Below, in pieces: positions 1 through 10,231 of a stretch of 64,000 nt of DNA. A program made the translations under genes and the position numbers. Position 1 is the stretch's first letter. The number at the start of each line of letters is the position of its first letter. Under the pieces are notes generated by a model that was given only the letters and a program-made list of their open reading frames with translations, was not told where the DNA came from and did no database searches. The DNA is taken from NCBI GenBank assembly GCA_009996615.1, contig JAACZU010000013.1, positions 27,990 to 91,989 on the forward strand. The letters run 5' to 3'. The DNA is from Rhodanobacteraceae bacterium (GTDB lineage: Bacteria > Pseudomonadota > Gammaproteobacteria > Xanthomonadales > Rhodanobacteraceae).

Positions 1-1
1 G

Positions 2-496
2 AACTGGACCAGCGCGCGCTTCGTCGACAACGGTCAGGTCGTGTGGCTGAAACTCTACAGCCAGGAGACCCTGATCGAACTCACCGTGATCGAGGAGAAA
101 CCGTTCCAGGCCTCGATCACGCCGCCGCAGGCCGATGCGCTGCGCGCCGCGCTCGACAAGGATGGCCGCGTCGCGCTGTACGTCAACTTCGATTTCGCCA
201 AGGCGACGCTGAAGCCGGATGCGCAGCCGGTCATCGAGCAGGTCGCCGCGATGCTGCAGGCCGACCCGGCGCTGCGCCTGTCGATCGAGGGCCACACCGA
301 CGACATCGGCGGCGCCGAGGCGAACCGCACGCTGTCGCAGCAGCGCGCGCAGGGCGTCGTCGCCGCGCTCGCCGCCAAGGGCATCGCCGCCGAGCGCCTG
401 TCAGCGGCTGGCTTCGGTGCCGACAAGCCGCTGGCCGGCAACGACAGCTCGGAAGGGCGCGCGAAGAACCGTCGCGTCGAGCTGGTGCGACGCTGA
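2..496 (+). CDS. OmpA-family protein, C-terminal peptidoglycan-binding OmpA-like domain (5' end outside window)
   Basis: Frame is open from the window edge. Translation contains LSIEGHTDDIGGAEANRTLSQQRAQGVVAAL...NRRVELV, typical of OmpA_C-like domains. Confidence 0.8.
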   Translation, partial: NWTSARFVDNGQVVWLKLYSQETLIELTVIEEKPFQASITPPQADALRAALDKDGRVALYVNFDFAKATLKPDAQPVIEQVAAMLQADPALRLSIEGHTDDIGGAEANRTLSQQRAQGVVAALAAKGIAAERLSAAGFGADKPLAGNDSSEGRAKNRRVELVRR

Positions 497-1017
497 GGCG
501 GGCGTCCGGTCCAGCGGGCCGGCGGTTCCTCGCTCGCATCTGGCCGCCGGCCTCCTGGGCAGGGGGCGACAGCGCCGAAGGCGCGCGTCCCGCCAGACGC
601 CTTGGTGGGACTCGCCGTCGGGAGGTTGCGCACTACCTCTCCGCGGTACGCGGCTGCGTCCCACCCTGCGTGATGGGGCGATCCTGCGAGTTGTCGTCGT
701 CTTCGAGAACGGTGCAGGGTGGGACAACAGCGGCGGGCGCGGCGTGTTGGGCGGCGAATGTGCGCCGGTTCACACGTACGGCGTGCGCGCGTCCCGGTGG
801 TGATCGACGCTTCGCGCACGGACTTCCACATCCGGAAACGACATCATTTCGTGGTCGGCGCACCGGGCAGACCGGGTACGCGCCGATCACGTCGCGCGTG
901 AGCGCCACGCACCGGTCTTCCAATAAAGGCCGGCACTCGCGCCGCATGAAGTGGCGCCGAAGGAACGATGGGCCATGGATGGTCGCCAGGACGGCTCCCC
1001 CTGACAACGAGACTTGG

Positions 1018-1055
1018 CCCCTGCCATGCGCGCCATGTGCAGGGGTTCTTTTTTT
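1018..1055 (+). terminator. Rho-independent terminator (+ strand)
   Basis: Stem CCCCTGCCATG / CATGTGCAGGGG followed by TTCTTTTTTT. No T-run on the opposite strand. Confidence 0.55.
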
Positions 1056-1180
1056 GCGCGGACCCTACTGAAGTCCCGATACCGTGGTCGATGGAGGGCA
1101 TCGCGGCTGAAGCCGCTACTGCGTCGCGCTGCATCGCCGTTGTGGGAGCACCGGCAGGCGCGATGCCTGTGCTTGCCGCG

Positions 1181-3076
1181 TCAGATCGCGCTGCGCAGCG
1201 CCGGTGTCGGGACCAGGTGGCCGAAGCGGGCGCGCACGCTCGCTTCGATGCCGGCGGCGTCGAGGCCGTCGCTGGCGAGCAGTTCCTCGCGCGCGGCGTG
1301 CTCGAGGAAGCGGTCGGACAGGCCCAGCTGCAGCAGCGGCACCTGCAGGCCGTGCGCGTTGAGCAGTTCGGCCACCGCGCTGCCGGCGCCGCCCATGAGC
1401 GCGTTGTCCTCGATCGTGACGAGCGCGCCGTGCGAGCGCGCCAGTTCCAGCACCAGCGCCTCGTCGAGCGGCTTGACGAAGCGCATGTTGACCAGCGTCG
1501 CGTCGAGCGCGTCGGCGACCTTCGCGCACGGCAGCACCATCGCGCCGAACGCGAGCAGCGCGATGCCGTGGCCGCGACGGCGCAACTCGGCCTTGCCGAT
1601 CGGCAGCGTGGTCAGCTCCTGCACCGGCACCACGCCGGTGCCACTGCCGCGCGGATAGCGCACCGCGGCCGGGCCTTCGTGCAGGAAGCCGGTGGTCAGC
1701 ATCTTGCGGCACTCGTCCTCGTCGGCCGGCGCCATCACGACCATGTTCGGGATGCAGCGCAGGTAGCTGAGGTCGAAGCTGCCGGCGTGCGTCGCGCCGT
1801 CCGGACCGACCAGGCCGGCGCGGTCGATCGCGAACGTGACGTCGAGCTTCTGCAGCGCGACGTCGTGGATCAGCTGGTCGTAGGCGCGCTGCAGGAAGGT
1901 CGAGTAGATCGCCACGACCGGCTTGGCGCCCTCGCAGGCCATGCCGGCGGCGAGCGTGACCGCGTGCTGCTCGGCGATCGCGACGTCGAAGTAGCGCTGC
2001 GGGTATTCCTGCGAGAAGCGCACCAGGCCCGAGCCCTCGCGCATCGCCGGCGTGATGCCGTACAGGCGCGGATCGGCCGCGGCCATGTCGCACAGCCAGT
2101 CGCCGAACACGTCGGTGTAGGTCGGCTTGCCTTTGCCGGGCTTCTTGACCACGCCGGCGGCCGGATCGAACGGACCGACCGCGTGGTATTCGATCTGCTC
2201 GCGCTCGGCCGGCGGGTAGCCCTTGCCCTTGGTCGTGATCACGTGCATCAGCTGCGGGCCCTTGAGCTCCTTGACCGTGCGCAGGGCCGACAGCAGTTGC
2301 GGCAGGTCGTGGCCGTCGATCGGCCCGGTGTAGTGGAAGCCGAGTTCCTCGAACAGCGTCGACGGCACGAACATGCCCTTGGCATGCTCCTCCCAGCGCT
2401 TGGTGAAGCGCCACAGCAGGCCGCCGCGCGGCATCGCGCGCTTGGCGCCCTCGCGCAGGCGGTTCAGCGTGCGGCTGGCCATCAGGCGCGCCAGCATCTT
2501 GGTCAACGCGCCGACGTTCTCGCTGATCGACATCTGGTTGTCGTTGAGGATGACCAGCATGTCCGGCTCGACGTCGCCGCCGTGGTTGAGCGCCTCGAAC
2601 GCCATGCCGGCGGTCATCGCGCCGTCGCCGATCACGGCGACGACCTTGCGGTGGTCGTCCTTGCGCTGCGCGGCGATCGCCATGCCGAGCGCGGCGCCGA
2701 TCGAGGTCGACGAATGGCCGACGCCGAACGTGTCGTACTCGCTCTCGTCGCGCTTAGGGAACGGCGCCACGCCGTCCTTCTTCTTGATCGTGGTGATGCG
2801 GTCGCGGCGGCCGGTCAGGATCTTGTGCGGATAGCACTGGTGGCCGACGTCCCACACGAGGCGGTCGATCGGCGTGTCGTACAGGTAATGCAGCGCGACG
2901 GTCAGCTCGATCACGCCGAGGTTGGCGCCGAAGTGGCCGCCCGAGGTCGCGACCGATTCGATCAGGTAGGTGCGCAGCTCGTCCGCCACCGCGCGCAGGT
3001 CCGCCTCGGGAATCTTGCGGAGGTCTGCGGGGCTCTCGATGTTCGCGAGGTGGGGATAGCGCCGGGAGTCGATCAT
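1181..3076 (-). CDS. dxs: 1-deoxy-D-xylulose-5-phosphate synthase
   Basis: 631-aa ORF starting [25 protein letters not shown]-binding region [20 protein letters not shown]. Full-length collinear DXS-like sequence. Confidence 0.97.
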   Translation of the reverse strand: MIDSRRYPHLANIESPADLRKIPEADLRAVADELRTYLIESVATSGGHFGANLGVIELTVALHYLYDTPIDRLVWDVGHQCYPHKILTGRRDRITTIKKKDGVAPFPKRDESEYDTFGVGHSSTSIGAALGMAIAAQRKDDHRKVVAVIGDGAMTAGMAFEALNHGGDVEPDMLVILNDNQMSISENVGALTKMLARLMASRTLNRLREGAKRAMPRGGLLWRFTKRWEEHAKGMFVPSTLFEELGFHYTGPIDGHDLPQLLSALRTVKELKGPQLMHVITTKGKGYPPAEREQIEYHAVGPFDPAAGVVKKPGKGKPTYTDVFGDWLCDMAAADPRLYGITPAMREGSGLVRFSQEYPQRYFDVAIAEQHAVTLAAGMACEGAKPVVAIYSTFLQRAYDQLIHDVALQKLDVTFAIDRAGLVGPDGATHAGSFDLSYLRCIPNMVVMAPADEDECRKMLTTGFLHEGPAAVRYPRGSGTGVVPVQELTTLPIGKAELRRRGHGIALLAFGAMVLPCAKVADALDATLVNMRFVKPLDEALVLELARSHGALVTIEDNALMGGAGSAVAELLNAHGLQVPLLQLGLSDRFLEHAAREELLASDGLDAAGIEASVRARFGHLVPTPALRSAI

Positions 3077-3177
3077 GTCGGGAACTGCTTTGCGGGAGCG
3101 CTATTTTGGGCCGGATGCCTGCCCCCGGCAAGGAAACGGCCCGAAACGTGCGCGCCTCGGCGCGCAGCGCGGCGGGT

Positions 3178-5076
3178 TCATCCGCTGCGCAGCACGCCGC
3201 GCGCGACCAGCAGTTCGACGATGCGCGTGGCCGCGTCTTCCGGCGTGTCGGCCAGCGTGTCGATGCGCAGCTCCGGCATCTCCGGTGCTTCGTACGGCGA
3301 GTCGACGCCGGTGAAGTTGGCCAGCTCGCCGCGGCGTGCCTTGCGGTACAGGCCCTTCGGGTCGCGCTGTTCGGCCACCGCGAGCGGCGTGTCGACGAAG
3401 ATCTCGATGAACTCGCCGTCCTCGACCATGCCGCGCGCGAGCCGCCGCTCGGAGCGGAACGGCGAGATGAACGCGGTGATCACGATCAGGCCGGCGTCGA
3501 CCATGAGCCGGGCCACTTCGCCGATGCGGCGGATGTTCTCGACGCGGTCGGCGTCGGTGAAGCCGAGGTCGCGGCTGAGGCCGTGGCGCACGTTGTCGCC
3601 ATCGAGCAGGTAGGTGTGCGCGCCGCGCGCGTGCAGCTGGCGCTCGACGATGTTGGCGATGGTCGACTTGCCGCTGCCGGACAGGCCGGTCAGCCACAGC
3701 ACGCATGGCTTGTGGCCGTGCTGGCGCATGCGCGCCGCCTTGTCGACCTCGACCGCCTGCCAGTGGATGTTCTGCGAGCGGCGCAGCGCGAAGTGCAGCA
3801 GGCCCGCGCCGACGGTCTGGTTCGTGTAGCGGTCGATGACGATGAAGCTGCCCATGTCGCGGTTGACCGCGTACGGATCGAACGCGACCGCGCGGTCGAG
3901 CGTGAGGTTGGCGACGCCGATCTCGTTCAGCTCGAGCGTCTTCGCGGCCAGGTGCTCGAGGCTGTTCACGTCGAGGCGGTACTTGGGATGGCCGAACGAG
4001 GCGCCGAGCGTGCTCGCGCCCATCTTCACGAGGTATGGCCGGCCCGGCAGCATCGGTGCGTCGGCCATCCAGACCAGCGTCGCCTCGAACTGGTCGGCCA
4101 AGCCGGCAGGGTCGTCGGCCGCGCAGATCACGTCGCCGCGGCTGACGTCGATCTCGTCGGCGAGCGTCAGCGTGACCGACTGGCCCGCCCGCGCCTCGGG
4201 CAGGTCGCCGTCGAAGGTCACGATGCGCTCGATGCTCGACTCGCGCCCGGACGGCAGCACGCGCACGCGGTCGCCCGGCCGCACGCGCCCGCCGAGCAGG
4301 CGTCCGGCGAAGCCGCGGAAATCGGCGTTTGGCCGGTTGACCCATTGCACCGGCAGGCGCAGCGGCGTGGCCTCCGCGTCGGCACGGCCGGCCTCGACGC
4401 GTTCGAGGTGCTCGATCAGGCTCGGGCCCTCGTACCAGGGCGTGTACGTGCTTGGTGCGGCGATGTTGTCGCCGCGCAGCGCCGACAGCGGGATGCTGGT
4501 GACCCGCTCGATGCCGAGCGAGTGCGCGAACGCGCGGTAGTCGCGGTCGATCGCGGCGAACGTGTCCTGCGACCAGCCGGCCAGGTCGAGCTTGTTGACC
4601 GCCAGCACGATATCGCGGATGCCGAGCAGCGCGGCGAGGATGCCGTGCCGGCGCGTCTGCGTCAGCACGCCCTTGCGCGCGTCGACGAGGATCACGGCGA
4701 GGTCGGCGGTCGACGCGCCGGTGACCATGTTGCGCGTGTACTGCTCGTGGCCGGGCGTGTCGGCGACGATGAACTTGCGCCTGTCGGTCGCGAAGAAGCG
4801 ATAGGCGACGTCGATCGTAATGCCCTGTTCGCGCTCGGCCGACAGGCCGTCGACGAGCAGCGCGAAGTCCGGCTCGTCGCCCTGCGTGCCGTAGCGCTTC
4901 GAGTCGGCCGCCAGCGCGCCGAGCTGATCGTCGTACAGCGCCTGCGTCTCGTACAGCAGGCGGCCGATCAGCGTGCTCTTGCCATCGTCGACGCTGCCGC
5001 AGGTGATGAAGCGCAGCAGGCTCTTGTCGTGCCCGGCGGCGAGGCGGGCGTCGGTGTGCGGGGTGTCGGCGGCCAT
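3178..5076 (-). CDS. cysNC: Bifunctional sulfate adenylyltransferase subunit 1 / adenylylsulfate kinase (CysN-CysC fusion)
   Basis: ATG at 5076 overlaps the cysD stop (ATGA). GTPase motifs [15 protein letters not shown] and DTPGHEQY are followed by an APS-kinase P-loop [15 protein letters not shown]. The 957-aa track ORF is an upstream over-extension. Confidence 0.95.
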   Translation of the reverse strand: MAADTPHTDARLAAGHDKSLLRFITCGSVDDGKSTLIGRLLYETQALYDDQLGALAADSKRYGTQGDEPDFALLVDGLSAEREQGITIDVAYRFFATDRRKFIVADTPGHEQYTRNMVTGASTADLAVILVDARKGVLTQTRRHGILAALLGIRDIVLAVNKLDLAGWSQDTFAAIDRDYRAFAHSLGIERVTSIPLSALRGDNIAAPSTYTPWYEGPSLIEHLERVEAGRADAEATPLRLPVQWVNRPNADFRGFAGRLLGGRVRPGDRVRVLPSGRESSIERIVTFDGDLPEARAGQSVTLTLADEIDVSRGDVICAADDPAGLADQFEATLVWMADAPMLPGRPYLVKMGASTLGASFGHPKYRLDVNSLEHLAAKTLELNEIGVANLTLDRAVAFDPYAVNRDMGSFIVIDRYTNQTVGAGLLHFALRRSQNIHWQAVEVDKAARMRQHGHKPCVLWLTGLSGSGKSTIANIVERQLHARGAHTYLLDGDNVRHGLSRDLGFTDADRVENIRRIGEVARLMVDAGLIVITAFISPFRSERRLARGMVEDGEFIEIFVDTPLAVAEQRDPKGLYRKARRGELANFTGVDSPYEAPEMPELRIDTLADTPEDAATRIVELLVARGVLRSG

Positions 5077-5978
5077 CAGAAATATCCCTCGATCTTCTTC
5101 TTCTCCATCGAGGCGCTGCCGTCGTAGTCGATCAGCCGGCCCTGGCGCTCGCTGGTGCGCGCGCGCAGCATCTCGTCGATGACGGCCGGCAGCGTGCGCG
5201 CGTTCGACTCGATCGCGCCGGTCAGCGGATAGCAGCCGAGCGTGCGGAAGCGCACGCTTCGCAGCTGCGGCACCTCGCCCTCGCGCAGCGGAAAGCGCGC
5301 GTCGTCGACCATCAGCAACTGGCCGTCGCGCTCGACCACCGGCCGTTCGTCCGCGAGGTACAGCGGCACGATCGGGATGTCCTCGCGCAGGATGTATTGC
5401 CAGATATCCAGCTCGGTCCAGTTCGACAGCGGGAACACGCGGATGCTCTCGCCCGGCTGCTTGCGCGCGTTGTACAGCCGCCACAGTTCCGGGCGCTGGT
5501 TCTTCGGGTCCCAGCGGTGCTGCGCCGAGCGGAACGAGAACACGCGCTCCTTCGCGCGCGAGGCTTCCTCGTCGCGCCGTGCGCCGCCGAAGGCGACGTC
5601 GAAGCCGTGCCGGTCCAGCGCCTGGCGCAGGCCCTGCGTCTTCCACAGGTCGGTGTGCAGCGCCGAGCCGTGCGTGAACGGATTGATGCCGCGCGCCTGC
5701 GCGTCCGGGTTGATGTGCACCAGCAACTCCATGCCGGCCTCGGCCGCCATGCGCGCGCGGAACGCGTACATCGCCTGGAACTTCCAGGTCGTGTCGATGT
5801 GCAGCAGCGGGAACGGCGGCCGCGCCGGGAAGAACGCCTTGCGCGCCAGGTGCAGCAGGACCGAGCTGTCCTTGCCGATCGAGTACAGCATGACCGGCCG
5901 CTCGGCCTCGGCGACGGCTTCGCGCAGGATGTCGATGCTTTCGGCTTCGAGGCGTTGCAGGTGGCTCAGTTCGGGCAT
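5076..5978 (-). CDS. cysD: Sulfate adenylyltransferase subunit 2
   Basis: Start taken at [22 protein letters not shown] (ATG 5978). Motif [15 protein letters not shown]-terminus EKKKIEGYF is typical of CysD. Confidence 0.95.
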   Translation of the reverse strand: MPELSHLQRLEAESIDILREAVAEAERPVMLYSIGKDSSVLLHLARKAFFPARPPFPLLHIDTTWKFQAMYAFRARMAAEAGMELLVHINPDAQARGINPFTHGSALHTDLWKTQGLRQALDRHGFDVAFGGARRDEEASRAKERVFSFRSAQHRWDPKNQRPELWRLYNARKQPGESIRVFPLSNWTELDIWQYILREDIPIVPLYLADERPVVERDGQLLMVDDARFPLREGEVPQLRSVRFRTLGCYPLTGAIESNARTLPAVIDEMLRARTSERQGRLIDYDGSASMEKKKIEGYF

Positions 5979-6142
5979 GCGGGTCGGCGGTTGCGGAAAC
6001 GGGCGGCGGCGCAGTGTAAGGCGTCCGGCGTCCATCCCGCAGCCATGCCACACGGGGTCTTAACGATCGTCCATCGCGGATTTAACACAAGCCGGCCGAC
6101 GTGCGCGCAAAGTGGATCGGCAGCCGAACGGAGGGGTAGGTC

Positions 6143-6361
6143 ATGGCGACGAGCGGGTGGACGCCGACATCGGAAGCGCTGCCGGCGGAAGGCAACGAGG
6201 TCGAATTCGTGCTCGATTGCCGCGATCTGGCGATGACCGGCACCTATCACTGCTGCCATTTCGTCTCGCGCTGGAGCCAGTATTCGGCTGGCACGGTGCG
6301 CGAGTGGCGCAAGGTGCCGGCGGCCGAGGCACCGCGCGGCGAGTTTCGCGGACGCGCCTGA
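6143..6361 (+). CDS. Hypothetical small protein (72 aa)
   Basis: ORF divergent from cysD with GC-rich third positions. No recognisable motif. Confidence 0.35.
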   Translation: MATSGWTPTSEALPAEGNEVEFVLDCRDLAMTGTYHCCHFVSRWSQYSAGTVREWRKVPAAEAPRGEFRGRA

Positions 6362-6381
6362 ACTCGGGCGGCGGCGCGCGC

Positions 6382-7038
6382 TCAGCGCGACCGCCGCGCC
6401 ACGATCACGAAGCTGTTGAATGGCGTCACGCCCCACAGCGGACGCGTTTCCACGTCCAGGCCGGCCGCGCGGAGTGGCGCCTCGACTTCCTCGCGGCACG
6501 GGAAGTGTCGCGCCGGGCTGCACATCCAGCGCGTCGCATACAGGATCTTCTCCTCGACCACGGTCGCGCGAAAGCGCCAACTGCGGTCGCGCAGCACGTT
6601 GCGCACGATCAGCAGGGCGCCGGGTGCAACGCGCGCTGCGGCGGCGTGCAGCAGGCGAGCCTGGTCGGCATGGTGCAGGTAGTGCAGCACGTCGAGCAGC
6701 GCGACATGGCCGCGGAACGTCGGCAGCACGCTTGCATCCACGGCCTCGAAGCACAGATCCGCGTAGTGGCATGCGGCCGCGCGCGCGGCCGCGATCTTCG
6801 CCGCGTCGACGTCGACGCCGCGATAGGCGCCGCGGAAGCCGCATTCGCGCAGGTAGAAGCCGAGCAGGCCGATGCCGCAGCCGATGTCGAGCAGGTCGGT
6901 GTCGCTGTCGCCGAGCAGCCGGGCGACTTCCGCGTAGGCCGGATCGAAACGCAGCTTGCCGCGCGCGTAGTCGCGGTGCCCGCGCTGCAGGTGCGCGGTA
7001 ATGCGGCCGTGGATGGCGCGATGTCCGTCGGTGTCCAT
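6382..7038 (-). CDS. Class I SAM-dependent methyltransferase
   Basis: Start taken at MDTDGHRAIHG (ATG 7038). SAM-binding motif LLDIGCGIGLLG. Confidence 0.8.
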   Translation of the reverse strand: MDTDGHRAIHGRITAHLQRGHRDYARGKLRFDPAYAEVARLLGDSDTDLLDIGCGIGLLGFYLRECGFRGAYRGVDVDAAKIAAARAAACHYADLCFEAVDASVLPTFRGHVALLDVLHYLHHADQARLLHAAAARVAPGALLIVRNVLRDRSWRFRATVVEEKILYATRWMCSPARHFPCREEVEAPLRAAGLDVETRPLWGVTPFNSFVIVARRSR

Positions 7039-7199
7039 GTCGCTCACGCTCCTGTCGCAGGAGAGGTCGCTGCATCGGACCGCCCCGGGCTGCGGCATGC
7101 GTGGCGGGCAGGGCGGCCAGCCGCTGCAGCAGGGCGCGATGACGCCGCCACAGCCGGCTGCTATCCTGTCACGATTTTTTACGTTTTCGGAGTCCGGCA

Positions 7200-7688
7200 G
7201 TGAACATCGAAGCAAACAAGGTCGTCTCGTTCCACTACACCGTCAGCGACGGCGGCGAGACGCCGGTCGATTCCTCGCGCGAGCGCGGCGAGCCGCTGAC
7301 CGTGCTGATCGGCCACGGCAACATCATCCCGGGCCTGGAGAAGGCGCTGCTCGGCCATGCCGTCGGCGACCGCATCGAGGTCAGCGTGGCGCCGGCCGAG
7401 GCCTACGGCGAGCGCCGCGCGAACTTCACCCAGCGCGTGCCGAAGAAGTACTTCGAACATCCCGAGCTGCTGCGCCCGGGCATGAGCACGGTGCTGAACA
7501 CGCGCGAATCCGGCCCGCGCATGGTCGTCGTGCACAAGATCGGCTCCAGCGTGATCGACGTCGACCTCAACCATCCGCTCGCCGGCAAGACGCTCGCGTT
7601 CGACGTCGAGATCACGGCCATCCGCGACGCGACGCCGGAAGAGATCGAGCACCGCCACGCGCACGGCGCGGGCGGGCATGAGCACTGA
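7200..7688 (+). CDS. slyD: FKBP-type peptidyl-prolyl cis-trans isomerase SlyD
   Basis: GTG start. VSFHYTVSDGGE...IPGLEKALLG FKBP fold plus a His-rich tail EHRHAHGAGGHEH. Confidence 0.9.
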   Translation: MNIEANKVVSFHYTVSDGGETPVDSSRERGEPLTVLIGHGNIIPGLEKALLGHAVGDRIEVSVAPAEAYGERRANFTQRVPKKYFEHPELLRPGMSTVLNTRESGPRMVVVHKIGSSVIDVDLNHPLAGKTLAFDVEITAIRDATPEEIEHRHAHGAGGHEH

Positions 7689-7694
7689 AAGGCC

Positions 7695-7982
7695 GGGAAT
7701 CGGGATTCGGGATTCGGGAATCGGTAGAGCGGGGCTTCACCGCGCCGCACGCTTGCGCAAGCTCTGATCGAGTCGTCGTCCCGGCGAAAGCCGGGACCCA
7801 AGGTGCTGCGCTCCGGGCATGATTTGCGCCGGATCTTCCCCGCCGTGGCGCTCCGAATCCAGGGATGACGTCATTCCCGCGAAAGCGGGAATCCATCCTT
7901 GGAGACCGACCAAAGTGCGCAGGAGTTGGATCAGGCAAAGCGCCCGCTTTTCCCAATCCCCAATCCCGTCTCCCCAATCCCC
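7695..7982. repeat. Composite palindromic element with heptamer-array arms (G-rich left, C-rich right) and internal GC hairpins
   Basis: Left arm GGGAATCGGGATTCGGGATTCGGGAATCGG (7695-7724). Right arm CCCAATCCCCAATCCCGTCTCCCCAATCCCC (7952-7982). Internal hairpins TCCCGGCGAAAGCCGGGA (7779-7796) and ATTCCCGCGAAAGCGGGAAT (7873-7892). Confidence 0.85.
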
Positions 7983-7986
7983 GCTG

Positions 7987-8475
7987 TCAAAGCACCCTCT
8001 TGCCGTAGGCGAAGCGTTCGCGCCACCAGCCGCCGTCGAGGCTGTCCAGGCGCACGGTGCCGCCGCTGTTGGGCGCGTGCACGAAGCGGCGCTCGCCGAC
8101 GTAGATGCCGACGTGGCTGATGCGGCGGCCGTCTTCGAAGAACACCAGGTCGCCGGCCTGCAGCGCGTCGCCAGCCAGCTTGTGGCGGCCGAGGTCGGCC
8201 AGCTCGCCGGAGCTGCGCGGCAGCGCGACGCCGGCGGCGTCGCGGAAGACATAGCCGACCAGGCCGCTGCAGTCGAAGCCGCCTTCGGGCGTGTTGCCGC
8301 CGTAGCGGTACGGCGTGCCGACCAGCGCGATCGCGCGGAACAGCACCGCATTGGCGGCGTCGGCGCGCGGCGTGCCGGGAGCGGGCGAGGGCGACGGCGC
8401 GCGGCGTGGCGCGGAACCGCAGGCGGCGAGCAGGCAGGCGAGGGAAAGCAGGGCGAGCAGGCGGCGGATCGTCAT
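7987..8475 (-). CDS. NlpC/P60 (C40) family lipoprotein peptidase
   Basis: Start at MTIRRLLALLSLACLLAAC (lipobox). Catalytic region GTPYRYGGNTPEGGFDCSGLVGYVF. Confidence 0.85.
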   Translation of the reverse strand: MTIRRLLALLSLACLLAACGSAPRRAPSPSPAPGTPRADAANAVLFRAIALVGTPYRYGGNTPEGGFDCSGLVGYVFRDAAGVALPRSSGELADLGRHKLAGDALQAGDLVFFEDGRRISHVGIYVGERRFVHAPNSGGTVRLDSLDGGWWRERFAYGKRVL

Positions 8476-8532
8476 GCGCCTACCGTTCCCGATCGCGCCG
8501 CGGTCTGTCAACGGGCCGGCAGCGGCGCCGGC

Positions 8533-8844
8533 CTACGCCACATTGCCGCAAAGTGTCAGTTTGGGACGCGGCGCGGCCTCGGCGGCCGGCTCGGCTGCCG
8601 GCGCGACGAACAGCGAATGCAGGTCCTTGACCGTCTCCTCGAAGCGCTCGAGGCGTTCGTTGGCGGCCACGGCGACCGCGCCTGGCACGTGGCCGGCGTC
8701 GAGCAGCGCGCGCACCAGCCGGCGTTGCGGCTCGCCGAAATCCGGGTCCTGCAGCGCCTCGTCGAGCGCGCACACCAGCGCGGCCAGCCAGCCGGAGTTC
8801 GGGGCGCGCAGCGCGAGCAGCAGTTCGTGGGTGGATACCTTCAT
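8533..8844 (-). CDS. Hypothetical protein (103 aa)
   Basis: Start at MKVSTHELLLAL (ATG 8844). GC-rich third positions. No family recognised. Confidence 0.5.
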   Translation of the reverse strand: MKVSTHELLLALRAPNSGWLAALVCALDEALQDPDFGEPQRRLVRALLDAGHVPGAVAVAANERLERFEETVKDLHSLFVAPAAEPAAEAAPRPKLTLCGNVA

Positions 8845-8933
8845 GGCGGGTCTCGTTGGTGTCCTGTCCCGTCTCTGCACATTCGATGCCAGAGCCACCG
8901 GGCGAGCACGGCAAACCCGTACAATCGCGGCCC

Positions 8934-10187
8934 ATGACCATGCGGACATCGGATGTGCTGGTGCTGGGCGGCGGCGTGATCGGCCTCGCCTGCGCGTACT
9001 ACCTGCTCGAGAGCGGGCGCAGCGTGACCGTGCTCGAGCAGGGCACGGCCGGCTGCGGCAGCTCGCACGGCAACTGCGGCACGCTGACGCCGAGCCACGC
9101 CGCGCCGCTGGCGATGCCGGGCACGATCGGCACCGCGTTGCGCTGGCTGTTCAAGGCCGATGCGCCGCTGCGCATCAAGCCGCGCCTCGATCCGGATCTG
9201 CTGCGCTGGCTGCTCGGCTTCGCCGGTCGTTGCAACTGGCGCGCGTTCGAGCACGCGCTGCGCGCCAAGGCGCCGCTACTGCTGCGCTCGCGTGCGCTGA
9301 TCGAGGAGCTCGTGCGCACCGAGCGGCTCGACTGCGAGTTCGAGGCGCTCGGCACGCTCAACGTGTACCGCGACGCGGCGAACTTCGAGCACGCCTGCGC
9401 ATTGAACGAGCGCCTCGCCGCGGTCGGCCTGCGGGTCGAGGTGCTCGATGGCGCCACCACGCTCGCGCGCGAGCCGGCACTGAAACCCGGCGTCGCCGGC
9501 GCGCTGTTCCATCCGGGCGACGCGCAGCTGCGGCCGGACCGCTACGTGGCCGAGCTCGCGCGCATCGTGCGCGAGAAGGGCGGCCTCATTGTCGAGGGCG
9601 CGCGGGTCGAGGCCTGCGTGCGCGAAGGCACGCGCATCGCGAAGGTCGCCACGACGCAGGGCGAATTCGCCGGCCGCGACCTCGTGCTGGCGCTCGGCTC
9701 GTGGTCGCCGCTGCTCGCGCGCACGCTCGGCCTGCGCATCCCGATCCAGCCCGGCAAGGGGTACTCGATCACCTACACGCGGCCGGCGCGCTGCCCGCGC
9801 ATCCCGCTGACGCTGAAGGAGCCGAGCGTGTGCGTGACCGCCTGGGGCTCCGGCTACCGGCTCGGCAGTACGATGGAGTTTGCCGGTTACGACGCGACGC
9901 TCAACCGCACGCGGCTGGACGCGCTCAGGCGCGGAGCGGCGGCGTTCCTGCACGAGCCGGAAGGGCCGGCCGTGGTCGAGGAATGGTACGGCTGGCGGCC
10001 GATGACGCCGGACGACCTGCCGGTGCTCGGCCGCGCGCCCGGCCTCGACAACCTGGTCATCGCGACCGGCCACGGCATGCTCGGCGTGACGATGTCGGCC
10101 GGCACCGGCCAGCTGGTCGGCGAGCTCGTCGCCGGCCGGCCGCCATCGCTCGACCTCTCGCCGTTCGCGCCCGCGCGCTTCGGTTGA
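8934..10187 (+). CDS. FAD-dependent oxidoreductase (D-amino-acid dehydrogenase-like)
   Basis: Start at MTMRTSDVLVLGGGVIGLACAYYL (dinucleotide-binding GxGxxG). DAO-family length and C-terminal ATGHGMLG motif. Confidence 0.85.
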   Translation: MTMRTSDVLVLGGGVIGLACAYYLLESGRSVTVLEQGTAGCGSSHGNCGTLTPSHAAPLAMPGTIGTALRWLFKADAPLRIKPRLDPDLLRWLLGFAGRCNWRAFEHALRAKAPLLLRSRALIEELVRTERLDCEFEALGTLNVYRDAANFEHACALNERLAAVGLRVEVLDGATTLAREPALKPGVAGALFHPGDAQLRPDRYVAELARIVREKGGLIVEGARVEACVREGTRIAKVATTQGEFAGRDLVLALGSWSPLLARTLGLRIPIQPGKGYSITYTRPARCPRIPLTLKEPSVCVTAWGSGYRLGSTMEFAGYDATLNRTRLDALRRGAAAFLHEPEGPAVVEEWYGWRPMTPDDLPVLGRAPGLDNLVIATGHGMLGVTMSAGTGQLVGELVAGRPPSLDLSPFAPARFG

Positions 10188-10231
10188 ACCCACGCAGTCC
10201 TGCATCATCCGCTTTGGAAAACGGAGAGTCC

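Noticed and set aside
968-3613. 881-aa + strand ORF antisense to dxs. Similar long antisense ORFs are 3106..5127 (+), 14018..16579 (-), 45615..47225 (+) and 55545..58583 (-, 1012 aa).
   Set aside because: Their translations are Arg/Ala/Gly/Pro/His-rich low-complexity strings. They lie opposite well-supported genes with strong family motifs. This is the typical stop-codon-poor antisense artefact of very GC-rich DNA.
7695-7724. Heptamer arrays as a possible CRISPR array or simple microsatellite.
   Set aside because: The units are 7 nt with no spacers, each array has only 3-5 units, and arrays occur as inverted pairs flanking hairpins. This is not CRISPR architecture, and there are no cas genes in the window.
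7403-8351. Track ORFs translating the repeat elements (for example 7403..7801, 7612..7977 and 7737..8351, with [14 protein letters not shown] or GIGDWG-type peptides). The same applies at 31203..31493, 44773..45177 and 53821..54386.
   Set aside because: These ORFs run through palindromic repeats on both strands and overlap real genes. The peptide-like strings are by-products of translating REP-type DNA. Exceptions, where an arm lies inside a supported gene terminus, are reported separately.
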